From the IMG/VR virus record IMGVR_UViG_3300025093_000001: a stretch of 37,726 nt of DNA; one strand, written 5' to 3'. Positions within the stretch are counted from its first letter, which is position 1, and every line of letters begins with the position of its first letter. This DNA comes from a virus. Taxonomy: Duplodnaviria; Heunggongvirae; Uroviricota; Caudoviricetes. The translations under genes were made by a program, and so were the position numbers. The notes below the pieces were generated by a model. It was not told the DNA's origin. It worked only from the letters and a program-made list of their open reading frames with translations, and searched no databases. Below, piece after piece: positions 1 to 9,874 of the stretch.

Positions 1-327
1 GTTGACTATGAGGTAGCAAAACTTCTGGATGAGTATCTCACCAGTTTTGTGTCTGCCCCTGTCTATGCATACATTGCTGTAACTACAACATACACAGTCT
101 TAACGACTGACTATATAGTTGACTGTACGACAGGTACATTTACTGTAACCCTACCTACTGCGGTGGGGATTACAGGTCAACCTTTTATCATTAAGAACTC
201 TGGCACTGGTATTATTACTGTAGATGGTAATGGTTCTGAAACTATTGACGGAGAGCTTGATTTAAAATTATATAACCCAGATGCTATTACTATTGTAAGT
301 ACTGGGTCTAACTGGATAATTGTATGA
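1..327 (+). CDS. Tail fibre protein, C-terminal part (5'-truncated)
   Basis: Frame 1 is open from base 1 (VDYEVAKLLDEYLTSFVSAP...), so the GTG at 49 is not the real start. The TLPTAVG..IIKNSGTG.ITVDG..SETIDG pattern is typical of small beta-sandwich phage fibre tip domains. Confidence 0.7.
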   Translation, partial: VDYEVAKLLDEYLTSFVSAPVYAYIAVTTTYTVLTTDYIVDCTTGTFTVTLPTAVGITGQPFIIKNSGTGIITVDGNGSETIDGELDLKLYNPDAITIVSTGSNWIIV

Positions 328-1478
328 CATATATACCTAATAGAAGTAGAATTGATTCGGATAATAGTAGTACTGCTACTCTTACTTCTGGTAGTACGTA
401 CACAGGTACTTGGGTTAATGTAGAGGCTGAGGGAACATTAATTATAGCTGCTGCTACTGACCAAGATGGTACTTTAACAGTACAATTTTCTCCTGATGGT
501 ACTAATATAGATTCGTCTTTAACTAGATATTATAGAACTGCTAATATTAATCCACCACATAGATTTACTATAACTCGTGGATATTATAGGGTAACATTTG
601 AAAACACTTCAGCTAGTAATCAAACATATTTTAGATTACAAACTAAATTATCATTTGATACAGATATTTTAAATATTCCAATAGGAGCTACTATTTCTCC
701 AGATTATGATTCTATTTCTACTAGACCAACTAATTATCACTATGAAGTTGCTTTAGGTAGAAGACAAGGACATCAAACTTGGAATAAATGGGGTTATAAT
801 GCTGATATAGATTCTGCTGCTAATGAAACTATTTGGTCTTCGGGTGGTCTTTTTTCTAAATTAGCTAGTGCTGAAACTTTAGACATAGTATCTAGTAGTG
901 CTAATGATACAAATTCCGCAGGTTCGGGAGCCAAGCAAATTATTATTTATGGTGTAGATGGTAATTATGAGGCTCAACTAGAAGTAATAGCTTTAAATGG
1001 AGTAGGAACAGTAACAACATCTAATACTTGGTTAGGCGTGAATAGGGTAGCCATTTATACTTGTGGAGCAACTGGTTATAATGAAGGTACAATCACATTA
1101 ACAGCTAGTAGTTCTGCAACTGTTCAAGCCGAAATTCCTATTGCATCAGGTTCTACTCAACACGCTTTTTACTTTGTGGCAGCTAATTCTATAGCATTAT
1201 TGGATTGGTTATGGATAAATATAATTAAAACAAGCGGAGGAAGTACTCCTATAGTAACACTATATTGTTACGTTACCTCATTAGTTTCAGGAGCAAGATA
1301 CGAAGTGTTCAGAGTTAATATAGATGTGTCTGTAGAAAATACAAAAGAATTAAAGCCTAGCCATCCTTTTGTAGTGGGTGAAAAAAGTTTGATAGAATTT
1401 ATAGCAGATACAGATACTAATAATACTTCTGTTAATTGTAGATTTAGTTTAATAGAAGTAAAAGATATAGACGCATAA
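324..1478 (+). CDS. Putative virion structural / fibre-associated beta-rich protein (384 aa)
   Basis: ATGA overlap with the upstream gene. The protein is Thr/Ser/Gly-rich and beta-strand-like with two apparent domains, and lies inside the fibre array. No specific family recognised. Confidence 0.55.
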   Translation: MTYIPNRSRIDSDNSSTATLTSGSTYTGTWVNVEAEGTLIIAAATDQDGTLTVQFSPDGTNIDSSLTRYYRTANINPPHRFTITRGYYRVTFENTSASNQTYFRLQTKLSFDTDILNIPIGATISPDYDSISTRPTNYHYEVALGRRQGHQTWNKWGYNADIDSAANETIWSSGGLFSKLASAETLDIVSSSANDTNSAGSGAKQIIIYGVDGNYEAQLEVIALNGVGTVTTSNTWLGVNRVAIYTCGATGYNEGTITLTASSSATVQAEIPIASGSTQHAFYFVAANSIALLDWLWINIIKTSGGSTPIVTLYCYVTSLVSGARYEVFRVNIDVSVENTKELKPSHPFVVGEKSLIEFIADTDTNNTSVNCRFSLIEVKDIDA

Positions 1479-1481
1479 GAT

Positions 1482-1649
1482 ATGACAAAAGATTTAGCAC
1501 AATTCGCATTAAGAATCCTACCTACAGTTAATATTGAAGGTAAGGATGTAGATAAATATATGGAACTTAAAGCATTCTTTGAGGCTAATCTCAATGCTGA
1601 GATTCCAGAAGTACAAGAAGGTGGTATCAGTGAATTATTTGAAGACTAA
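1482..1649 (+). CDS. Small acidic protein, 55 aa (MTKDLAQFALRILPTVNIEGKDVDKYMELKAFFEANLNAEIPEVQEGGISELFED); not in ORF track
   Basis: Translated by hand. It fills the gap between 1478 and 1649 exactly, and its TAA overlaps the next ATG (TAATG). Confidence 0.7.
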   Translation: MTKDLAQFALRILPTVNIEGKDVDKYMELKAFFEANLNAEIPEVQEGGISELFED

Positions 1650-4129
1650 TGGCACAAACTAACGAAGAAATATTAGCCCAGTTAAAGAAGCTACTCATTG
1701 CGCCCTCTAATAAAGTTAGTAGGGCTTCTCAGCGTTATACACATGTTGGTGGTACTTGGGGAAGAGTATATGAATCTTTTCGTCACTTTATTAATAACTA
1801 TGACATTACTAGTAGTCTAACATTATTCGCCAGTCCAGCTATTGCTACTGGTGGAGAAGTTACAGACGCTGGTTCTGGACGGGTCTCAGTATCTGCTGGT
1901 ACAGGTAGAGCTAGGCAAACTAACTCTGCTAGTGGTACTATGACAGATATCTCGTGGGATGCTAAAACTCTTACACTAGCTGCTGATACATTACACTATA
2001 TTTATATAGATTACAATAGTGGTAATCCAACTCCTACAGCTTATACTTCTGACCAGAATGATTATACAAAGGTATTAGTAGCTTTAGTTTATAGAGATGG
2101 AAGTGCGGTTCACATTACTAATGTAAATACTCCTACTGCCAATGTAGATAGAGCTGTTATGAGGCATCTCTACTACGTTCAAGGTGCAGAAAAAGGAGAT
2201 GGTGGTACTATCTCAGAGACTGGTACTAGAAATATTACAGGTACAGCTTGTAAGATTTACATTGCCCTTAATGAATATGAACACCCTTCATTTGATACAT
2301 CTAGTGGAAATACATTCACCTATTTGTATGCTGATGGTACAGGTGGATGGACAGAAGTTACTGGTTCTACACAAATTGACAATACACAATATGATGATGG
2401 TTCTGGTATATTAGCTACACTATCTAACAATAAATACGGTGTACATTGGGTATATCTAGGTACAGATGGTGACAACTATGTACAGTATGGTTCAGGAGAT
2501 TACACCTTGGCTGAAGCACAAGCTGCAACTCTTCCACTTAATAGACCATCAAACTTGGATAAATGGCATGGAATCTATGCTGCTAAAATTATCATTAAGA
2601 AATCTGCAGCTACTTTTCACTCTATTATTCAGACAGATGAAGACTCTGGTATAGGACAATCCGTAGCTACTGACCATGGTTCATTAACTGGACTTACAGA
2701 TGATGACCACACGCAATACCTACTCGTAGATGGTACGAGAGCCATGACTGGCGACCTCGACATGGGTGGGAATGATGTAAACAACGCAACAACATTTAAT
2801 GCCACAAGCGTTACAGTAGGATATACAAACAGTTACACAGGCTACATCAACCTCATCCGAGAGATTGGAGCAGGTTTTGGTATGGTTACAGGCTACTATA
2901 ACAACCAAAAGATTCGACTCAATAGTAGCGTAGATGACGCTGCCTACATTGACTTGCATGGAGGAACGGAGGCGAGTTATGGTGGAGAGATTCACTTGAT
3001 ATCAGCCAATGGTACAGTTATTGGCTCTGCGAATGCGAGTGCTGATGGGCAGTTGACCGTAGTTGGTTCAGGCACAACCAATGCAACCAACGCTTTAAGG
3101 GTGGAGAACGCTTCGGGTGAACTTTTGATGCAAATTGACGATGATGGTAATAACGTCAAGATTGGACACCTTGCGGGGAATGCGGTAACAGGCGAATACG
3201 AAAACGTATTCATTGGATGGGGTGCAGGTAAGTTGGTAGATACCTACTCAAGTGTTGTCATTGGTCGCATGGCAATGGGTAATACCTCAGCTACTGTTGC
3301 ACAGAACTTCCAAAACGTAGCTATTGGAGAGGGGACATTATATGAATGTCAGTCAGCAGAAAATACAGCAGTCGGTCATGCTGCCCTCAGACTTTTGACA
3401 ACAGGTGGCAAGAATGTTGGTATTGGACACGATGCAGGTGCTTATGCTAATGGAGTCACCCCGATGTACACCAATGCAAACAGCGTATTTATTGGTTTTG
3501 GTGCAGCAGCAAACGCAAACGGCAACACAAATGAAATTGCAATAGGGTATAACGCATACGGTAACGGTAGTAATACAGCGACTATTGGTGATTCTACTTT
3601 AGTAGGATTCTATCTGGGTGGAGGTACTATGTTTGCAAGTGCATCTACTGCATCATTAGCATCCCTGAATATTCCTACTGGTACTACACCTTCATCTCCT
3701 AATACAGGAGATATTTGGGCTAGTGGTGATAATCTTTTCTATGAGAATAGTGTAGGTACTACATTGCTTAATAGTCCAATTGTAGAAAAGATAGCTGTAA
3801 CTGATGAAACTACTGCTATTGCTTCTACTGGTACAGCACAAGCTACGTTTAGAGTTACGGAAACTATGACAGTAACTGAAGTAAGAGCTTCTCTTACAAC
3901 TGCTTGCACTACAGGAACCTTTACTATTGACATCAATAAAACAGGTGTTGGTAGTATCTTGGGTACTAAACTTACCATTGATGCTACTGAAAAGACAAGT
4001 ACAACTGCAGCTACTCCAGCAACTATTATTACAGCACTACTCTCAGAAGATGATGAGATTACAATAGACTTTGATAATATTGGTGACGGAACAGCAACGG
4101 GGCTTAAGATTCAATTGATAGGATACTAA
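1649..4129 (+). CDS. Long tail fibre (826 aa) with YadA-head-like beta-roll repeats
   Basis: Contains the DHGSLTGLTDDDHTQYL fibre motif (2672-2722) and repeated NVFIG/SVVIG/NVAIG/NTAVG/NVGIG/SVFIG/EIAIG units (3152-3592) typical of trimeric adhesin-like beta-rolls, followed by a beta-sandwich-like C-terminus. Confidence 0.8.
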   Translation: MAQTNEEILAQLKKLLIAPSNKVSRASQRYTHVGGTWGRVYESFRHFINNYDITSSLTLFASPAIATGGEVTDAGSGRVSVSAGTGRARQTNSASGTMTDISWDAKTLTLAADTLHYIYIDYNSGNPTPTAYTSDQNDYTKVLVALVYRDGSAVHITNVNTPTANVDRAVMRHLYYVQGAEKGDGGTISETGTRNITGTACKIYIALNEYEHPSFDTSSGNTFTYLYADGTGGWTEVTGSTQIDNTQYDDGSGILATLSNNKYGVHWVYLGTDGDNYVQYGSGDYTLAEAQAATLPLNRPSNLDKWHGIYAAKIIIKKSAATFHSIIQTDEDSGIGQSVATDHGSLTGLTDDDHTQYLLVDGTRAMTGDLDMGGNDVNNATTFNATSVTVGYTNSYTGYINLIREIGAGFGMVTGYYNNQKIRLNSSVDDAAYIDLHGGTEASYGGEIHLISANGTVIGSANASADGQLTVVGSGTTNATNALRVENASGELLMQIDDDGNNVKIGHLAGNAVTGEYENVFIGWGAGKLVDTYSSVVIGRMAMGNTSATVAQNFQNVAIGEGTLYECQSAENTAVGHAALRLLTTGGKNVGIGHDAGAYANGVTPMYTNANSVFIGFGAAANANGNTNEIAIGYNAYGNGSNTATIGDSTLVGFYLGGGTMFASASTASLASLNIPTGTTPSSPNTGDIWASGDNLFYENSVGTTLLNSPIVEKIAVTDETTAIASTGTAQATFRVTETMTVTEVRASLTTACTTGTFTIDINKTGVGSILGTKLTIDATEKTSTTAATPATIITALLSEDDEITIDFDNIGDGTATGLKIQLIGY

Positions 4130-6222
4130 TGAGTAAGATATATAATCCAGCAAGACATGGTGGAGGAGGAGTTGCTTCTCCCCCAAATAACCTGAAATCT
4201 GGGTTAGTGTCATCCTATGAGATGACGGATACAAATCCTAGTCAAATGATTGATGCTCATGGAACTCAGGATAGTACTACTACTAATGACCTTACTAGAA
4301 CAGGTACAGAATATACTTTTAATGGTACTAGTTCTTATGCGTCAATACCTGATGTAGACGAACACTCTTTTACTGATGCGGAGTTTTCATTTAGTGTAAT
4401 GGTAAAAACCACTACTACAGCTACTAATTGGGCTATGTATAAAGGCAGTAATACTACTAATAGAGAATATGCCTTTACTACTTTGTCTACAGGAGAAGCT
4501 AGATTTGCTATCTTTCAAACAGGTACTACTACTAATGAAACAGTAACCAGTACTACTGCAGTTAATGACGATGCTTGGCATCTTATTACTGTTATTATGA
4601 CGGGAGCTCGTATGAAGATGTATGTAGATGATGTATTTGAAGCAGAGACTCCTATTACTGTTACTATGGGTAATCTAGGAAGTTTACTCAATGTTGGAAG
4701 ATATGGTGGTGGTTCACTATACTGGCAAGGTTCTATGAAGAAGTTAAGACTTTGGAATAGAGCCCTTACTGATGGCGGAGTAGAGATAGGAGATTCAGTG
4801 GGTGGAGAGGTTTTAGAACTTTACAATGGAGGAGATGTTTTAGCTTATAGTGACTTTGGTTACGATGGAGCTACATTAAAAGCAGGACTTCTATCTTACT
4901 GGAAGTTGGACGAAGCCTCTGGAACACTAGTTGATAGTCAAGGAACCAACGATGGTACTAATAATGGAGCTACATATGGAGCCACTGGTGTCTTAAATGA
5001 CGCTATGGATTTTGATGGTAGCAACGATTATATAGATGTTGGAGGTAATTTTGAGTTTGAATATAATGAAGACTTTAGTATCTCCGCTTGGGTAAACATG
5101 GATGCAGATGGCGGTAGTTATACTATTATAGGTAATAGAGAAAATTCAGGAGACTTTAGGGGTTGGACATTTGAGCGTAATACTTCAAATCAATTATTAT
5201 TTGTATTTAGGGAAACCGCAGGAGTCTTATGTGATGCAAATTCTACAGATACCTTTACCGCAGCAAGTGGTTGGAATCATGTAGTTCTAACTTACATTGC
5301 TCAAGCTCCTACATTTTATTTGAATGGGGTTGAGACTGGAAGAACTTTAGTTAGTGATACTCTAACTGGCACTCCAACTTATGCTCACAATACTACAATT
5401 GGGGCAAATAATGGAGGCACTGGAAATAACTTTGATGGTCAGATTGATGAAGTGGGTATATGGAATAGAGGACTTTCTGATAGAGAAGTACTACAACTTT
5501 ACAATGAATCTAATGCTCAGAGTTTTGATGACTTTGAATATTGGACTACTACTTTGTACGAAGGGATAACTTCTTATTGGAAATTAGATGATTCTGGTTC
5601 TACTGCTGTAGATGCATTAGGTACTAATGATGGGACTATTACAGGAGCAACTACAGGAGCTACTGGTATAATCAATGATGCTTTAAACTTTGATGGTACA
5701 AGTGATTATGTAAATTTTGGAGCTATTGTATTATCTACTTTTACAGTATCATTATGGTTAAATGCGGATACACTACCTACTACTGGTAATTATGCATATT
5801 TATTTAGTAAGGGATACGATAGCGCACAAGAACCGTATACTATTAGGTTATATAATGATGCTGGAACTTTGTATCTTCAAGTAAGTACATATAGAGTAAG
5901 TCCTCCTGATAACATTGTCTGTCAAATAAATGTTAACTCATGGTCCACTGGAACATGGTATCATGTATTGGGTGGATATAATGGGACAGATTGGTTTATT
6001 CAATGGAACTACACCAATGTAGCAACTCTTACTGACTCAGGCCCCTATTCTTCTGCACGCAGTACTTATATGGCTGCATTTGATAATAACGGTAGTTTCC
6101 AAAGATTTTTTGATGGCAGAATAGATGAAACAGTGTTATATGAGAGGAGCTTGTTAGATGTAGAAAAGGAGGCCTTATACAATGAAGGAAATGGACAACC
6201 ACTAGAAAATTTTAACACATAA
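4129..6222 (+). CDS. Triple LamG / concanavalin A-like lectin domain protein (receptor-binding, 697 aa)
   Basis: Three repeats have the GL.SYW.LD...D..G.N.GT...A..G.....A..FDG..DY start, a WHL/WNHV/WYHV core and a F.G.IDE...W.R.L end, which are LamG_3 hallmarks. Confidence 0.85.
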   Translation: MSKIYNPARHGGGGVASPPNNLKSGLVSSYEMTDTNPSQMIDAHGTQDSTTTNDLTRTGTEYTFNGTSSYASIPDVDEHSFTDAEFSFSVMVKTTTTATNWAMYKGSNTTNREYAFTTLSTGEARFAIFQTGTTTNETVTSTTAVNDDAWHLITVIMTGARMKMYVDDVFEAETPITVTMGNLGSLLNVGRYGGGSLYWQGSMKKLRLWNRALTDGGVEIGDSVGGEVLELYNGGDVLAYSDFGYDGATLKAGLLSYWKLDEASGTLVDSQGTNDGTNNGATYGATGVLNDAMDFDGSNDYIDVGGNFEFEYNEDFSISAWVNMDADGGSYTIIGNRENSGDFRGWTFERNTSNQLLFVFRETAGVLCDANSTDTFTAASGWNHVVLTYIAQAPTFYLNGVETGRTLVSDTLTGTPTYAHNTTIGANNGGTGNNFDGQIDEVGIWNRGLSDREVLQLYNESNAQSFDDFEYWTTTLYEGITSYWKLDDSGSTAVDALGTNDGTITGATTGATGIINDALNFDGTSDYVNFGAIVLSTFTVSLWLNADTLPTTGNYAYLFSKGYDSAQEPYTIRLYNDAGTLYLQVSTYRVSPPDNIVCQINVNSWSTGTWYHVLGGYNGTDWFIQWNYTNVATLTDSGPYSSARSTYMAAFDNNGSFQRFFDGRIDETVLYERSLLDVEKEALYNEGNGQPLENFNT

Positions 6223-6761
6223 TGTTTGCAAAAGTCGAAAATAATACTATATTAGAAATTGGGGTAAGAGTACCCAATGAGATATTAGACCCAGTAACTG
6301 ATACTTGGATTGAATTAGATACTTTGGAAAAGATGAAGACTTGGGGATACTACCGTGTACTTAAACCACAACTCCCCGATGTCACTAAAGTTTACGGACC
6401 AATTGAGTATGATGCCCAAGAAGATGAGGTATCATATACTATCGTAGACAAGGTTTATTCGCCTTTATATGATGTGGATGGTACTACGGTACTAAAGACA
6501 GCATTAGAGGTTGTACAAGAGGCTAAAATACGCCAATTAGATGAGGTTGAAGAATACCTTATGAAGTTAGCTTTACCCTTCGTAATTAGAAAGGTAGCCT
6601 TAAATGATAATTGGAGCAATCACCAAGGACAAGTATTCAATGATGTATACACTCAATTGGGGGAATGGAAGACAGAAATTAACAATGCAACTGATGTAAA
6701 ACTCTTAGATAAAAAAGAGTTTGGTATATCTACACTAATAAATAAATTGAATACATTATGA
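6222..6761 (+). CDS. Putative tail-fibre assembly chaperone (179 aa)
   Basis: Directly follows the lectin gene (TAATG). The helical C-terminus (LEVVQEAKIRQLDE...KTEINNATDVKLL) resembles fibre-assembly chaperones (inference). Confidence 0.5.
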   Translation: MFAKVENNTILEIGVRVPNEILDPVTDTWIELDTLEKMKTWGYYRVLKPQLPDVTKVYGPIEYDAQEDEVSYTIVDKVYSPLYDVDGTTVLKTALEVVQEAKIRQLDEVEEYLMKLALPFVIRKVALNDNWSNHQGQVFNDVYTQLGEWKTEINNATDVKLLDKKEFGISTLINKLNTL

Positions 6762-6904
6762 AAGCAACTGAAGCAATTAAAATTTTAGAACAAGTTACAG
6801 CTCAAGTACCTGGTACAAGACAAGACCATGTGATGATACTTGACGCTATTCAATCAATTAAAGCAGCCTTGCCTAAAGAGGATGAGGCTACAGAAGAAGA
6901 ATAA
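6758..6904 (+). CDS. Small protein, 48 aa (MKATEAIKILEQVTAQVPGTRQDHVMILDAIQSIKAALPKEDEATEEE); not in ORF track
   Basis: Translated by hand. ATGA overlap with the upstream gene; ends in TAATTATG before 6907. It has an acidic tail like the 1482-1649 peptide. Confidence 0.7.
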   Translation: MKATEAIKILEQVTAQVPGTRQDHVMILDAIQSIKAALPKEDEATEEE

Positions 6905-6906
6905 TT

Positions 6907-7434
6907 ATGGCAGGATTAAATGAAAGTATGTCTAGCTCAGAGATGTCAGCATTTCTGAAGAAACTAGAAAAAAGAATATGCTGTGTAGAGAATGGTGGAA
7001 GTTTAACTCTGGATGAGATTTCAGACGTTAATGCTACTTCCCCAACAGATACATATGTGCTTACTTATGATGCAGCTACTAATACTTGGATAGCTGCTGC
7101 TGCTTCTGGTGGTGGTGGTGCAGCCTCTTGGCAGACTGTAGCTCATTCAGTAGGTGCTGCAGGATTAGATTTATCCTCTGATTACTGGGCTTATGTAACA
7201 GGTGGTGCTAGTTTTAATGATACTATTATTGACACTAGTACTATTCAAACAGGAGTAAGACATTTAGTTCTCATTGAGAATACAACTGGCGGACAGATTA
7301 CAGTAACTCATGGTACTACAGCTATTAGTAACCTTGGTGCTACAACTGTTTTAGATTCAGGAGAGTGGTTAAGACTAGAGGTATTTGACGATGCCAATGG
7401 TGATGTTCATATTGTAGGAGGAATAGGAGTATAA
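6907..7434 (+). CDS. Short tail fibre / fibre adaptor (175 aa)
   Basis: N-terminal helical LKKLEKRICCVE segment, the classic fibre motif LDEISDVNATSPTDTYVLTYDAATNTW, a GGGG hinge and a beta-rich tip. Confidence 0.7.
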   Translation: MAGLNESMSSSEMSAFLKKLEKRICCVENGGSLTLDEISDVNATSPTDTYVLTYDAATNTWIAAAASGGGGAASWQTVAHSVGAAGLDLSSDYWAYVTGGASFNDTIIDTSTIQTGVRHLVLIENTTGGQITVTHGTTAISNLGATTVLDSGEWLRLEVFDDANGDVHIVGGIGV

Positions 7435-8156
7435 TGTTATTCGGGTATGTAGGTAAACGACCAGAGTTGGACTATCCCTTTACTGCGGATACGGCTAATA
7501 AGTCATGGGCTGCTAGTACTTACCCTACATTAAGTACCCATAGTGCTACTGTTAGTTATAATGCCACTTACTCTGAATATGGTGAAAGTAGTCTAAGAAC
7601 TACTAGTGCTACTACTAATGGTGTAAGAGTTAGTAATTGGGGAACTACTATTAAGAATAACATTGGAGGTAGCGGTTCTATTACTAATGTACAAAGAATA
7701 TTGGTGGAATCTTGGGGAAGTAATGGAAATCATACTGCTCACTATAATTACACAGGTGTTTTTGACGGTACTTATTATCAAGGTATAGGAGTAAATATAG
7801 GGTTTAACAATAGTACACCTGCTGTTGAACTTAGACTTTGGGCTTCTCCTACTCCTATAGACCCTAATATCGCACAAACTAACGTTTTAGGTACGTGGTA
7901 CACTGTAATCATAACTGGTAATCAAGACTATGCTATAGGGTTTATTAATGGCAATGTTAATAGTGGTACTCAAACCAATACAGGAGCATTTGGTTCTGGT
8001 TATAACTATGATGGTTTTGGTCTAGTTGGGTCTGGGGGAGTTAATCCTGTTGGAACAGGAGTTATGAGAAGAAAATATTGCTTCCAATTTGATGGTGCTT
8101 TAACTAGACAAGATATGTATATTCTTCACTTAAACAACGGGAGGGTAAAGTTATGA
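7434..8156 (+). CDS. Lectin-like (ConA/LamG-type) receptor-binding protein A (240 aa), paralogue of 8153-8863
   Basis: Shares G..GKRP.LD.P....TAN, YN.TYSEYGE, GTWY, VNPVGTG and IL..NNGR with the next gene. The composition is beta-sandwich-like. Confidence 0.6.
   Translation: MLFGYVGKRPELDYPFTADTANKSWAASTYPTLSTHSATVSYNATYSEYGESSLRTTSATTNGVRVSNWGTTIKNNIGGSGSITNVQRILVESWGSNGNHTAHYNYTGVFDGTYYQGIGVNIGFNNSTPAVELRLWASPTPIDPNIAQTNVLGTWYTVIITGNQDYAIGFINGNVNSGTQTNTGAFGSGYNYDGFGLVGSGGVNPVGTGVMRRKYCFQFDGALTRQDMYILHLNNGRVKL
8043..8060. repeat. 18-bp direct repeat, copy 1 (AATCCTGTTGGAACAGGA), containing a 7-2-7 dyad
   Basis: Identical to 8750-8767. TCCTGTT and AACAGGA are reverse complements. Confidence 0.9.
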
Positions 8157-8863
8157 TAATGGGATGTTTGGGTAAGAGACCGCAATTAGATGCACCTTTG
8201 AATAATTCAACCGCTAATACTTCTGTAGAAGCAAGTAGCTATCCATATTCTACTAATGTGGGTGGAAGTTTTAATTATAATGTTACCTATTCTGAATATG
8301 GAGAATATCATTTTAGAGCCACTCCTAGTAGTAGACAAGGATTAAGATATTCAAATCTTGGAACTGCTATAGGTACAGAAGTTAATACAAATGGTACTTT
8401 TGTATCTCTATATATGAAAGTATTAATAGAAACTAAAGGAACAGGGGGATATACAGTTTATAATTGGTTATATAATGGTAGTACTTCGGAACAAATAACT
8501 TTTTATGAACTTGTAAGTGGTACTGCTGTCAAAATGACAATAGAAGATACTACATCTAATGTGGATGTAGACCATAGTGCTACTTTATCTACAGGAACTT
8601 GGTATAATTTTACAGGTGTATATACAACAGGAGAGGGTTTACAATATAAAGATGGAGTGAGAGTTACTGCTACTAATGGTAGTTCTGTAGCTGTAAGACA
8701 AATAGCAACTTATGGTGGTTTTGGAGGTAACTTCGGAACAGGAACAGTAAATCCTGTTGGAACAGGAACTACACGTTGGAAAAATGTATTATATTTCCTT
8801 GATAAACTAAACATGGGAGATATACATATTCTAGAAAGTAATAACGGAAGAATAAATTATTAA
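8153..8863 (+). CDS. Lectin-like (ConA/LamG-type) receptor-binding protein B (236 aa), paralogue of 7434-8156
   Basis: Same shared motifs as the upstream gene; ATGA overlap. Confidence 0.6.
   Translation: MIMGCLGKRPQLDAPLNNSTANTSVEASSYPYSTNVGGSFNYNVTYSEYGEYHFRATPSSRQGLRYSNLGTAIGTEVNTNGTFVSLYMKVLIETKGTGGYTVYNWLYNGSTSEQITFYELVSGTAVKMTIEDTTSNVDVDHSATLSTGTWYNFTGVYTTGEGLQYKDGVRVTATNGSSVAVRQIATYGGFGGNFGTGTVNPVGTGTTRWKNVLYFLDKLNMGDIHILESNNGRINY
8750..8767. repeat. 18-bp direct repeat, copy 2 (AATCCTGTTGGAACAGGA)
   Basis: Identical to 8043-8060. Both copies end 96 nt before the last base of their gene's stop codon. Confidence 0.9.
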
Positions 8864-8867
8864 AGAA

Positions 8868-9428
8868 ATGGCAAAATTTTATTACACACAATATAACAGG
8901 TTTGTAGATTTTCCTGAGAATCAGGTTAGTCCTTCAGACATTGGTGTTGGAAAGAAATATAGAAAGGTAGATGGTGCTGCCTTAACTAGATACAACCAAG
9001 CTGTTACTGATGGTATTCCACCTACAGCAGCTTATGTGTTTGACAATGATAGTACTTATAATGACCAGATTAAACTGGCACAACGTAAGGAAGAATTACA
9101 GACTAGTTTAGAGTCTAATTATGCTACAGCAGTATCTACAGGTATTGTACGTAATACAAAGCGTTTCAGCTTTGATGCAGAAACTAGAGCTGATATTGTA
9201 GAAACTAATACAATTGTAGTTGCAGAAGGTGGAAGTGTAACCTCTGATGTTCAGTTAATAGATTCAGATGGAGAATTAGTTAGTGTACAGAGAAGTAATT
9301 GGAATACTGTATTCTTGGCATACATGAATGCTGCAAGGACAGTGGAGAAGAATTATTACAGAAAGAGTAAGCAGATTCAGAAAGCTACTCAACTTTCAGA
9401 TTTAACAAACTTTGATACATCAGTATAA
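8868..9428 (+). CDS. DUF4376-like tail-fibre chaperone (186 aa)
   Basis: KLAQRKEELQTSLESNY...RFSFDAETRADI...LIDSDGELVSV...YYRKSKQIQKATQLSDL resembles the DUF4376/fibre-assembly pattern; located after the receptor-binding genes. Confidence 0.55.
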   Translation: MAKFYYTQYNRFVDFPENQVSPSDIGVGKKYRKVDGAALTRYNQAVTDGIPPTAAYVFDNDSTYNDQIKLAQRKEELQTSLESNYATAVSTGIVRNTKRFSFDAETRADIVETNTIVVAEGGSVTSDVQLIDSDGELVSVQRSNWNTVFLAYMNAARTVEKNYYRKSKQIQKATQLSDLTNFDTSV

Positions 9429-9874
9429 TGGACAATGGTGAAATAAACAAAGAGTCCTTGTTGAAGATTATCAAGGCATCTGATTGGAAAGAAGGTATAC
9501 CATATGATGAGTTACCAAATCTTGTCAAGTTTTATAAGAAGTTTACAGCTTCTCATAATAAAGCTACGGTAAAATTTAAATTAATTCCAACTGGATTAGA
9601 GATAACTTACGCAAGTGATAATATAGACGAAATTATCGGTTACACGCCAGAAGATTTGGTAGGTAGTAACCTATCTCAATATAGCCTAAGTAACCCTTCT
9701 GAGAAGAAAATGCAATATATCATTGGACTTCTTGATGCAGGTGAGGTAGTGGTAAAATCCAGTATTATTCAGCATAAACAAGGAGGGGAGGTCTATACAA
9801 AGAGTATGATTTATAAAGATAAAGATAGATACATAGAATTTATATGGAAAGCCTCAGATGAACTATTTATTTGA
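9428..9874 (+). CDS. Stand-alone PAS-domain protein (148 aa)
   Basis: LEITYASDNIDEIIGYTPEDLVGSNL matches the PAS core (Y.S.....ILGY.PEEL.G), and IQHKQGGEVY matches the PAC-like R.KDG..W strand. There is no kinase or output domain. Confidence 0.8.
   Translation: MDNGEINKESLLKIIKASDWKEGIPYDELPNLVKFYKKFTASHNKATVKFKLIPTGLEITYASDNIDEIIGYTPEDLVGSNLSQYSLSNPSEKKMQYIIGLLDAGEVVVKSSIIQHKQGGEVYTKSMIYKDKDRYIEFIWKASDELFI

Noticed and set aside
7434-8863. DGR template/variable repeat pair
   Set aside because: The differences between the paralogues are not adenine-specific, identity is confined to short patches, and no reverse transcriptase is in the window.
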